64,000 nucleotides of DNA, from the NCBI GenBank assembly GCA_946621635.1, contig CAMOOR010000002.1:33944-97943 (forward strand), read 5' to 3'. The notes below the pieces were generated by a model, which was not told where the DNA came from, made no database searches, and saw only the letters and a program-made list of their open reading frames with translations. Shown here piece by piece: positions 8,872-17,130 of the stretch; the stretch's first letter is position 1; every line of letters begins with the position of its first letter. The translations under genes and the position numbers were made by a program. The DNA is from an uncultured Bacteroidales bacterium. GTDB taxonomy: Bacteria > Bacteroidota > Bacteroidia > Bacteroidales > P3.

Positions 8872-10092
8872 ATGGCGAAACCAACATGTATAGATCTATT
8901 TGCGGGCTGCGGGGGACTCTCTCTCGGCTTGTACCTTGCCGGATGGCAAGGCCTTTTCGCCATTGAAAAAAACGCATTCCCATTTGAGACGCTAAAGCAC
9001 AACCTTGTTGACAATAAGAAACACTTCGATTGGCCGGACTGGCTGCCGCAAACCAACCACGACATAAACGAGGTGCTGGAGAAATATCAGGACCAACTGA
9101 AAGCCTTGCGGGGCAAAGTGGATTTGGTGGCTGGTGGGCCTCCGTGCCAAGGGTTTTCTATGGCCGGCAAACGTGTCGAAGACGATGTGCGCAACCAGCT
9201 TGTCTTCTCCTACATAAAGTTCATCGATTTTGTGCGTCCCCGCATGCTCCTCTTCGAGAATGTCAAAGGTTTTACCTATGCATTTGACAAAAAGAATGAC
9301 AGCGGCGCTGAACCCTACTCGCATAAGGTGATTAGAGGATTGCAACAATTGGGATACAATGTCAAACCCCACGTTTTTGACTTCTCCAATTATGGGGTTC
9401 CTCAACGGCGCAAACGTTTCATATTAGTTGGAGTCCAAGATGGGTTAGGTAGCCCTGACAACTTTGAGCAACTGTTGTTGACCCATCGTGATGCCTTCCT
9501 GAAAAGCAAAGGCTTAAAGCCTAATGTCACACTGAAGGAAGCCATATCCGACCTGCTCCGCAGCAACGGTGAACTTCCTACTTCGGACCGCAAAGGCTTC
9601 AATTCCGGAGTATATGGCAATGCCCAGTTGAGCAACTACGGAAAAGCGATGCGCGGAGATTATCCAAAGACACACACCATTCCCGACAGCCACAGTTTTG
9701 CCCATCATACACCCGAAAAGATTGCATTATTCCAACGCCTATTGGCCGAATACCAACCCCGAGGCAAACGCATTGATGGCAAAGCTCGCGAGGCTTGGGG
9801 CATCAAGCAAAGAGGAATAACAGTGTTAGACCCCGATGCCGTTTCACCAACTATAACTGGACAGCCTGACGACTACTTGCATTATTCAGAGCCCCGCATC
9901 ATGACCGTCCGTGAGTGTGCTCGCATTCAATCGTTCCCTGATTGGTACGAGATAAGAGCAAAATACACCACTGGCGGAGATATGCGCAAGTTTGAGGTAC
10001 CACGCTACTCTCAGGTCGGCAATGCCATACCTCCTCTCTTTGCCGAGCAGGCTGGAATTGTTTTAAAGGAGATGTTGCAGAATGAAAGATAA
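8872..10092 (+). CDS. dcm: DNA (cytosine-5)-methyltransferase
   Basis: All canonical m5C-MTase motifs are present: I DLFAGCGGLSLG, IV GGPPCQGFS, VI LLFENVKGF, VIII QRRKRFILVG, IX TVRECARIQSFPDWY, X QVGNAIPPLFA. Confidence 0.93.
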   Translation: MAKPTCIDLFAGCGGLSLGLYLAGWQGLFAIEKNAFPFETLKHNLVDNKKHFDWPDWLPQTNHDINEVLEKYQDQLKALRGKVDLVAGGPPCQGFSMAGKRVEDDVRNQLVFSYIKFIDFVRPRMLLFENVKGFTYAFDKKNDSGAEPYSHKVIRGLQQLGYNVKPHVFDFSNYGVPQRRKRFILVGVQDGLGSPDNFEQLLLTHRDAFLKSKGLKPNVTLKEAISDLLRSNGELPTSDRKGFNSGVYGNAQLSNYGKAMRGDYPKTHTIPDSHSFAHHTPEKIALFQRLLAEYQPRGKRIDGKAREAWGIKQRGITVLDPDAVSPTITGQPDDYLHYSEPRIMTVRECARIQSFPDWYEIRAKYTTGGDMRKFEVPRYSQVGNAIPPLFAEQAGIVLKEMLQNER

Positions 10093-12448
10093 TCTACAAT
10101 TCCGTGTTAGTGCAGAACTGAAAAACATTCTGGGTCGGGATTTGATTACAAGTCCCGACATCGCCATATTGGAGTTGGTCAAGAACTCATACGATGCCCA
10201 TGCTACCAAAGTGGAAATCACTTTTGACGACGACTATATTGCCATAGCTGATAATGGGAAGGGCATGTCGAAAGACGACTTAATCAACAAATGGTTGTTT
10301 GTCGCCTATTCTGCCAAGAGCGATGGAACGGAAGACAAATCCTATCGTAGTAAGTTCAAACGCCATTACGCAGGCGCCAAAGGCATTGGCCGAATGTCCT
10401 GCGATCGATTGGCTCGTTACCTCACCCTTACCACACGAAGTGTGGAAGAAAACAAGACGGAAATTCTCAATGTTGATTGGAATGTTTTCGAGATTGACAA
10501 GCAGAAGGAGTTTGACACAGTCAATATCCCCCATGAAACAAAAGACGACCTCACAAAGTTTCCGTTGGATTCCCCCACTGGAACCATTCTAGAGTTTACA
10601 GGCCTACATCTTCCATGGAGCCGTGAGGACATTAAACGACTTCGAAAGTCTCTGGAAAAGATGATTAATCCATTCTCAGGAACGGATGATGATTTCCAAA
10701 TTGAGATCATTGCTCCAGCAATGAAAGAGGATGATGAGAATACAGAGTCTCCACATGAAGTGGTTAATGGTATTGTCGAAAACACCATTGCCGATGTTCT
10801 AAAGCTAAAAACCACCCAAATAGAAAGTCAGATAAAAAACGGCATGATTTATACTTCTTTAACCGACCGTGGTGTTAAGATGTATGAAATCGAAGAACAT
10901 AACAGTGTTTATTCAAAATTAGCGTCTGCTTCTATTAGTTTATTCTTTCTAAATCGAGCAGCCAAATATAATTTTACTGCAAGAATGGGTATCGAACCGG
11001 TTAACTATGGTAATGTTTTTTTGTTCAGAAACGGTTTTAGAATTTTACCATTCGGTGATTATAACGATGATAGCTGGGGATTGAACCAAAGACAACAACA
11101 AGGTTATAATCGTCGTTTAGGTACCCGTGATTTGTTTGGACGAGTGGATGTTGAAACAGACGATGTGGATTTGATTAAGGAAGTTTCAAGTCGCGATGGA
11201 GGGTTAATCAAGACTGATGCTTCACAACAATTGATGAACTATTTTACAGAGACTCATAAACGGTTGGAACGCTATGTGGTTGGCGTTTTATGGGGAGAAG
11301 GGTTCATAAGAAAAGAGTATTTTGTCAATCAAAGTGCAGCTGAGAGGGCCCGAGAAAAATTAAAAGAAACGGACAAAGACTTGGAATCTGCTGATCACTT
11401 ATATTCAAACATTGGTAGTAAGATTGATTTCATGCAACTTATCCGTTCGCTCGTAAATGACAATTCCATCGATGTAAAGTATTACAATGAGGAATTGGCA
11501 GACATTGTTTCCAATCCTTCAGAGACGGAAGTGATTCAAGCGCAGATGTTTGATGATGTCCGAAAGATGGCCGAAAAAACCAACGATGCTGCTTTATTGG
11601 ACAAGATAGCCGACTTCGAGCGTCACATGGATGAACTACGCTGCCAGAAAGAGGATGCTGAACGCAAAGAAAAAGAAGAAAGAAAAGCGAAAGAACTAGC
11701 GGAACGAAAAGCAAAAGAGGAGGAAGAGAAACGCAAGAAAGTCGAAATAGAGCTTAAACAGCGAACAAAACAAAACCTATTTCTGCAATCTGTCGGGAGT
11801 CTTGACACCGACCGTATATTAAAATACCACCACGATATACGCATTCATGCAGCAACTATACATAACACGATTGGCCAGATTTTAAGAAAAGCGAATCAGG
11901 GTTCATTGTCAACAGAGGATACTATCAAGATGATTGAACGTATCTCCCGCGCTAATGACAAGATAACCTCTATCGCCCAATTTGCCACCAAAGCGAACTA
12001 CAGCATCAATGCAGACACAATCAATGCAGACATTGTAAATTACATCGATGAATATATCAACAATGTACTGCCGGAGTTCTATGGAGATATTCAATTGCAT
12101 TGTAGTAATAAATCCTGCACAAAGGTCATTGCTTTCTCTCCATTGGAAGCAAGTATATTCATAGACAATCTTGTATCAAATACAGTTAAGGCAAATGCCA
12201 AGCATTTTGACGTGGTTTTCGAAAAGGACAATGATGCTGTATGTATGACCATCACGGATGATGGCGACGGCCTATCGCCAGATATTGCCGACCCGAATAG
12301 CATTCTGGAGAAAGGTTACACAACAACCAATGGTTCCGGATTAGGCCTCTATAATGTGGCCTCATTTGTCAAGACGGTTATGCATGGCTCTGTTTCTGTT
12401 GAAAACAAGCTGGGCAAGCAGGGATTTAAACTAAAAATAAAATTCTAA
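10082..12448 (+). CDS. Dual-GHKL protein: N-terminal MORC/MutL-like HATPase_c_3 module, coiled coil, then histidine-kinase core (H-box plus HATPase_c)
   Basis: The N-terminal Bergerat boxes are ELVKNSYDA, DNGKGM and GAKGIGR. A Lys/Glu coiled coil (ERKEKEERKAKELAERKAKEEEEKRKK) follows, then an H-box-like YHHDIRIHAATIHN. A second ATPase has NLVSNTVKA, DDGDGL and GSGLGL. The start codon overlaps the dcm stop by 11 nt. Confidence 0.75.
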   Translation: MKDNLQFRVSAELKNILGRDLITSPDIAILELVKNSYDAHATKVEITFDDDYIAIADNGKGMSKDDLINKWLFVAYSAKSDGTEDKSYRSKFKRHYAGAKGIGRMSCDRLARYLTLTTRSVEENKTEILNVDWNVFEIDKQKEFDTVNIPHETKDDLTKFPLDSPTGTILEFTGLHLPWSREDIKRLRKSLEKMINPFSGTDDDFQIEIIAPAMKEDDENTESPHEVVNGIVENTIADVLKLKTTQIESQIKNGMIYTSLTDRGVKMYEIEEHNSVYSKLASASISLFFLNRAAKYNFTARMGIEPVNYGNVFLFRNGFRILPFGDYNDDSWGLNQRQQQGYNRRLGTRDLFGRVDVETDDVDLIKEVSSRDGGLIKTDASQQLMNYFTETHKRLERYVVGVLWGEGFIRKEYFVNQSAAERAREKLKETDKDLESADHLYSNIGSKIDFMQLIRSLVNDNSIDVKYYNEELADIVSNPSETEVIQAQMFDDVRKMAEKTNDAALLDKIADFERHMDELRCQKEDAERKEKEERKAKELAERKAKEEEEKRKKVEIELKQRTKQNLFLQSVGSLDTDRILKYHHDIRIHAATIHNTIGQILRKANQGSLSTEDTIKMIERISRANDKITSIAQFATKANYSINADTINADIVNYIDEYINNVLPEFYGDIQLHCSNKSCTKVIAFSPLEASIFIDNLVSNTVKANAKHFDVVFEKDNDAVCMTITDDGDGLSPDIADPNSILEKGYTTTNGSGLGLYNVASFVKTVMHGSVSVENKLGKQGFKLKIKF

Positions 12449-12453
12449 CGATT

Positions 12454-13344
12454 ATGAATTTGAAATACCGAATACTGTGGATTGAGAACGAGGAAGATTG
12501 GGTAGAGAGTATTGAAGACCAAATTCAAGAATATCTTGAAGATTTGGGGCTCGTCTATGAGAGAAAACTAATTGCAAAAGAAGAACAAGGTATCAGCTAT
12601 AATGATTATGACTTAATCCTTATGGACTTAAATCTCGCCGACCAACCCAATGGAGCGGAACTTATATCCAAAATACGAGATTTGGGTGTGTATACAGATG
12701 TCGTATTCTATTCAGCGAGTGGTATAGACGAATTAAGAGCGAAAGGAAGGGAGAAAGAGCTTGAGGGTGTATTCTATAGTGGTCGCACTCCAGATACAAC
12801 ATTTGTGAATAGAGTAAAGGCTGTCATTGACGCCACGCTAAAGAAAGTCCAAGACTTGAACAATCTACGCGGACTTGTCATGGCTGAAGTCAGTGAACTT
12901 GATGCAATGATGGATAAAATCATCCCATTGTATTTCAACACGGAGGAAAGAATGGCGTTGTTCCACAAGCATATTACCGCCAACAGAGAGAAAACCCTTC
13001 AGAAGTCATTAAACTGCATCAACAAATGTCAGCTTTCATGGCGAGGCATTGGCATTCAAGAGATAGTCCTTCAGTTAGACTCGTCACAAAAAGCCCGTGC
13101 AATAAAAATCATTATTGACCAAGAGAAACCTGACTTTTACAAAGGCGAGAACTTCTATAAAGAATACGATGCCGCTGTTATCACACCTCGGAATGAACTA
13201 GCGCATTGCAAGAGTGAACTTCGTGATGGCCAAGAGATTCTTTTGACCAGAAAAGGAGACAAGTGCTTCAATGAGGCGTTCTTTAAAGAGATTCGCAAGA
13301 ACATCTTGAAGTATTCAAGTATTTTTAATGAACTTTTGCAATAG
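12454..13344 (+). CDS. Response regulator: REC receiver domain fused to a helical C-terminal domain with a HEPN-type RNxxAH motif
   Basis: The REC part has ILWIENEED and LILMDLN (putative phospho-acceptor D58, codon 12625-12627). The C-terminal part has TPRNELAH (R246..H251, nt 13189-13206), which fits the Rx4-6H HEPN signature. The gene starts 5 nt after the kinase stop codon. Confidence 0.7.
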   Translation: MNLKYRILWIENEEDWVESIEDQIQEYLEDLGLVYERKLIAKEEQGISYNDYDLILMDLNLADQPNGAELISKIRDLGVYTDVVFYSASGIDELRAKGREKELEGVFYSGRTPDTTFVNRVKAVIDATLKKVQDLNNLRGLVMAEVSELDAMMDKIIPLYFNTEERMALFHKHITANREKTLQKSLNCINKCQLSWRGIGIQEIVLQLDSSQKARAIKIIIDQEKPDFYKGENFYKEYDAAVITPRNELAHCKSELRDGQEILLTRKGDKCFNEAFFKEIRKNILKYSSIFNELLQ

Positions 13345-13407
13345 ATGCCGAAAAAGAAATATACATTCATAGACTTATTCGCAGGCGGCGGAGAGTTTTC
13401 GGGGTGA
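13345..13407 (+). pseudogene. 20-codon remnant of a second C5-DNA-methyltransferase (motif I only)
   Basis: The ATG directly abuts the upstream stop codon. The translation MPKKKYTFIDLFAGGGEFSG* is a textbook m5C-MTase N-terminus with motif I (FxGxG), truncated by TGA. Confidence 0.6.
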
Positions 13408-13449
13408 ATTCTATCGAGGATAAATCCCACCACCAATAATAAAGTAAAT

Positions 13450-14226
13450 ATGGTGAACAAACAAAAAAAATGGACCAGAGAAGAATTGATATTGGCACTG
13501 AGTGTGTACTTTCAGCTTCCTTTTGGACGACTAAACCACACCACGCCAGAGGTAAAAGAGCTGGCAAAAATATTAGGGCGTTCGGATAATTCTGCTGCTT
13601 TGCGTTTGTCTAATTTTGCTGCTTGCGACCCATACATTATCAATTCTGGACGTACGGGTATGCGTGCAGGGATTCCTGTGTGCAAACCCATTTGGGATGA
13701 ATTTGCCGATGACAAAGAACGACTGTTTAACGAGGCACAACATATCAAAGCTACACTACTCCAAAAGACAGTCGAGGAGACATTGAACATTTCCAAACAA
13801 GATCTTGAAGGGAAAGAGAGGTCTGTTGTCATCAAGCAACACGTTAACCAATCCGTGTTTCGTACGATGATACTCTTTAACTATGAAAATTGTTGTGCTA
13901 TTACTGGCATCAACATCCCAGAACTACTTGTTGCTGGTCATATTATACCCTGGGCAAACAGCACTCCTCAGCAAAAGTTAAATCCGGAAAATGGAATATG
14001 TTTATCCCCACTTTACGACAAGGCTTTTGATAAAGGCTTCATTACCATATCTCCGGATGATTACACTGTCCGTATTTCTTCCGCATTGCGTGAATACGAG
14101 AAAAAGGAATATTTCAACAAGCACTTTGGCAGTATCAATGGTCAAAGAATAAATATGCCTATAGAACACAAACCAAACCGAGACTATTTAGCTTACCATC
14201 GCGATAATATTTTCTTGGGGGATTAA
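13450..14226 (+). CDS. HNH endonuclease (HNH_2 / COG3440-type putative restriction enzyme)
   Basis: The C-terminal half has CCAITGINIPELLVAGHIIPW...NPENGICLSPLYDKAFDKGFITI, typical of the HNH_2 family. The N-terminal WTREELILALSVY region is common in stand-alone restriction-type HNH proteins. Confidence 0.85.
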   Translation: MVNKQKKWTREELILALSVYFQLPFGRLNHTTPEVKELAKILGRSDNSAALRLSNFAACDPYIINSGRTGMRAGIPVCKPIWDEFADDKERLFNEAQHIKATLLQKTVEETLNISKQDLEGKERSVVIKQHVNQSVFRTMILFNYENCCAITGINIPELLVAGHIIPWANSTPQQKLNPENGICLSPLYDKAFDKGFITISPDDYTVRISSALREYEKKEYFNKHFGSINGQRINMPIEHKPNRDYLAYHRDNIFLGD

Positions 14227-14280
14227 ATAGTTGACGAAATAAAACCCTTCAGTGTTTGCATCACAAACATTAGATAAACT

Positions 14281-15360
14281 ATGGACATTCACTCATTGTA
14301 TGAAAGAATATGTAATATGCTTCCGATTACTTGGTTGGATGGGGAAGTATTGTCATTTCAAAAGAAATTGTCAAGTCAATTAGACCAATATTGGGGTTTA
14401 ATTAAAGAAATTGATATAAAAGATAGACCTGCCGAATGGGATGATATCAAAATTACTATCAAATCTTTGAACAAGAAAATAGTAGAAATTATCAACGACG
14501 AATATAAAGGATATCATTCGACTGCATTTATGAGCCTTCGAACATTACTTGAAGACAATCGTCCCAATACAAATTTGCATATTAAAGATAGTCTTATTTT
14601 TTACGATTTACCTGAAATGACAAAGACATATCGAATTCGAATGTTTGACTTTGATAAGCGTAAAGGTGTCACATTCAAAGATATGTTCCATATTCCATTT
14701 GACAAGCGAGGAATCGTAAAAACGGAGCGCTTTAGTATGCCAGGATATCCATGTCTTTATCTTGGTAAAAGTGCATACGGATGTTGGGAGGAAATGGGTC
14801 AACCTTCCGTGGATAATTGCATGGTATCTTGCCTTGAAAATCAGGAAACGGTCAAATTAATTGACCTTAGAATACCCACTGAAGCAGCTTTTAGGGATAG
14901 GCTTAAGGATTATTTGATTATCCTGCCTATAATCATTTCGTGTATGGTGCAAGTTAAGAACCGTACAGATGTTTTCAAGGCAGAATACCTTATTCCCCAA
15001 CTTATCATAGAATGGCTTATTTATCACAACAAGTCTGAACACGACAAAATACTAGGTGTTACTTATACATCTTCTGCCAAGAATAATTCTTTCGGTTTTC
15101 CTCCGTATGTTTTTGATAACTATGCGATACCTGCTGTAATGGGCAAAAAAGACTCAAAGTATAGTTCAACACTGTGTCGAATCTTCAGAATTACAAATCC
15201 CACATGCGATGAATTTGAATCAATCGTTAGAGGTCCATACGCCAGAATTGCATATAGCGATCCTGATCCCCAAGAGGCAGCATACAAAAATTCATTATTT
15301 GGTGCATTGGAGAGTGCATTAAGTGAACGAGAAAGATTTCCATTTAATCATATTATATAG
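14281..15360 (+). CDS. RES-domain protein (NAD+-targeting toxin family) with a ~100-aa N-terminal extension
   Basis: The R-E-S signature is present: TERFSMPGYPCLYLGKSAYGCWEEMG (R and E), then ILGVTYTSSAKNN (S). Confidence 0.7.
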   Translation: MDIHSLYERICNMLPITWLDGEVLSFQKKLSSQLDQYWGLIKEIDIKDRPAEWDDIKITIKSLNKKIVEIINDEYKGYHSTAFMSLRTLLEDNRPNTNLHIKDSLIFYDLPEMTKTYRIRMFDFDKRKGVTFKDMFHIPFDKRGIVKTERFSMPGYPCLYLGKSAYGCWEEMGQPSVDNCMVSCLENQETVKLIDLRIPTEAAFRDRLKDYLIILPIIISCMVQVKNRTDVFKAEYLIPQLIIEWLIYHNKSEHDKILGVTYTSSAKNNSFGFPPYVFDNYAIPAVMGKKDSKYSSTLCRIFRITNPTCDEFESIVRGPYARIAYSDPDPQEAAYKNSLFGALESALSERERFPFNHII

Positions 15361-15538
15361 CCGGTCTCTGAGTGGTTAAAACTATTTTACTCATAGATTA
15401 TAATGTCATATTCAAATGCAATCATTCCCATCAGGTTGACCAGGGAGACAGACCATCCGAAAGAATACCTCTGCATCACCGGAAATCTTTTCTATATCGG
15501 TTTACAAAAAAATACGGCAAGATGTCACTTATAGAGGA

Positions 15539-15895
15539 ATGAATTTAGAAAACTATCGCGAATATTGCCTGTCGATGGGCGAGGATGCTGGCTCCATTGT
15601 GCTACCGCCAAAGGTATTGAATGCCCGTTATGTGATGTTGCACAATGGCACAAACGGTACCTTGTTCAAACTAAAAGGTGCAGGGCCTCGTTTCATATCG
15701 AAAGAAACCCTGCAAAAGAAAGGCTTCGAAACCCTCGGTCATGACTACTACCTAGTTAATACTTTTGATACCGCACAATCAAAAGACTACAACAACCTTT
15801 CCTCTCATGGCCGGGGGAAACAGACTACCACTCCATGGTTTGCCACCTGGGAAGAATTGATGAATAATGATAATCGCTATGGAAAACAATCATAA
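15539..15895 (+). CDS. Hypothetical protein; the first ~16 aa resemble an MmcQ/YjbR-family N-terminus
   Basis: The 118-aa ORF begins MNLENYREYCLSMGED, like the start of YjbR/MmcQ. I do not recognise the rest. Confidence 0.4.
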   Translation: MNLENYREYCLSMGEDAGSIVLPPKVLNARYVMLHNGTNGTLFKLKGAGPRFISKETLQKKGFETLGHDYYLVNTFDTAQSKDYNNLSSHGRGKQTTTPWFATWEELMNNDNRYGKQS

Positions 15896-16088
15896 CAAAC
15901 CAACCCTTTTCACCCTGCAGGAGATGCTGTCGCCGTTAGATGCCATCAAGGAGATATTTGAGGAAGGACGTGGATGGTGGAACTCGTGGGAGCTGGCGCA
16001 ATGGTTGGAATATGTACCCCAAAAGGCAAAAATGGGAGCATATCATTCCCAATATGTACCCGAAAAGGCGTTTTGGGGTACATATTAA
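15867..16088 (+). CDS. Small hypothetical protein (weak call)
   Basis: 73-aa ORF overlapping the previous ORF. Its 3' end is built from an inverted/direct repeat. Confidence 0.25.
   Translation: MIIAMENNHNKPTLFTLQEMLSPLDAIKEIFEEGRGWWNSWELAQWLEYVPQKAKMGAYHSQYVPEKAFWGTY
16010..16085. repeat. 15-bp perfect inverted repeat (ATATGTACCCCAAAA / TTTTGGGGTACATAT) separated by 46 nt, upstream of rhuM
   Basis: The arms lie at 16010-16024 and 16071-16085. The loop contains a direct near-copy (aatatgtacccgaaaagg). Confidence 0.8.
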
Positions 16089-16112
16089 ACAAATCACAAT
16101 TTTATTTTAGAA

Positions 16113-17126
16113 ATGACTAACGAAATTCAATTCATCTTATATAATCTTCCTGATAATGAAGGAAGTGTGCATGGTGTAGTGCAGGATGAGACTATATGGC
16201 TAACGCAAAAGGCGATGGCGCAGTTGTTTGGAGTGAACGTTCCTGCCATCAGCAAACATCTGAGAAACATATTCGACTCAGAAGAGTTGAACGAAAATGT
16301 GGTTGTTTCCAAAATGGAAATAACCACTGAACACGGAGCTATTGAAGGGAAAACACAGACCCACGAGGCCATGTTTTACAATCTTGACGCCATCATATCT
16401 GTCGGCTATCGCGTCAACTCTGCCAAAGCCACGCACTTCCGACAGTGGGCGACAAAAGTATTGAATGAGTATATCCGCAAGGGGTTTGTCTTGGACGACA
16501 ATAGGCTGAAACAAGGAGAGGCGGTGTTCGGCAAGGACTATTTCCGCGAGTTGTTGGAACGTATCCGATCCATCCGCGCCAGCGAACGACGCATCTGGCA
16601 GCAAATCACTGACATCTTCGCCGAGTGCAGTATAGACTACGACAAATCGTCGCCTGTAACTCAGGATTTCTACGCCATGGTGCAGAACAAATTCCACTAC
16701 GCTATCACCGGCAAGACGGCGGCGGAAATCATCTACACCTCCGCCGATCACACCAAGGAACACATGGGTCTGACGACTTGGAAGAACTCACCCGACGGAC
16801 GCATCCTAAAATCGGATGTCACCATAGCCAAGAACTATCTCGACGAACAACAGATACGCCGTTTGGAGCGTGCCGTAACGGGTTTCTTCGATTACATTGA
16901 GGACCTGGTGGAAACTGAGAACACTTTCACCATGGAGCAGTTCGCCGCCAGCGTCAACGAATTCCTGAATTTCCGTCGTTTCAAAATACTCCCCAACAAA
17001 GGCTCTATTTCTAAAACCATGGCCGAAGAAAAAGCTTCCGCCGAGTACGATATTTTCAACCGTACACAAAAGATAGACTCCGACTTTGACAAAGCTGTGC
17101 GGCAACAACTCGGAGACAAAAAGTAG
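16113..17126 (+). CDS. RhuM-family virulence/defence-island protein
   Basis: 337 aa with WLTQKAMAQLFGVNVPAISKHLRNIF...YNLDAIISVGYRVNSAKATHFRQWATKVL..., characteristic of RhuM. Confidence 0.85.
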   Translation: MTNEIQFILYNLPDNEGSVHGVVQDETIWLTQKAMAQLFGVNVPAISKHLRNIFDSEELNENVVVSKMEITTEHGAIEGKTQTHEAMFYNLDAIISVGYRVNSAKATHFRQWATKVLNEYIRKGFVLDDNRLKQGEAVFGKDYFRELLERIRSIRASERRIWQQITDIFAECSIDYDKSSPVTQDFYAMVQNKFHYAITGKTAAEIIYTSADHTKEHMGLTTWKNSPDGRILKSDVTIAKNYLDEQQIRRLERAVTGFFDYIEDLVETENTFTMEQFAASVNEFLNFRRFKILPNKGSISKTMAEEKASAEYDIFNRTQKIDSDFDKAVRQQLGDKK

Positions 17127-17130
17127 TTCT

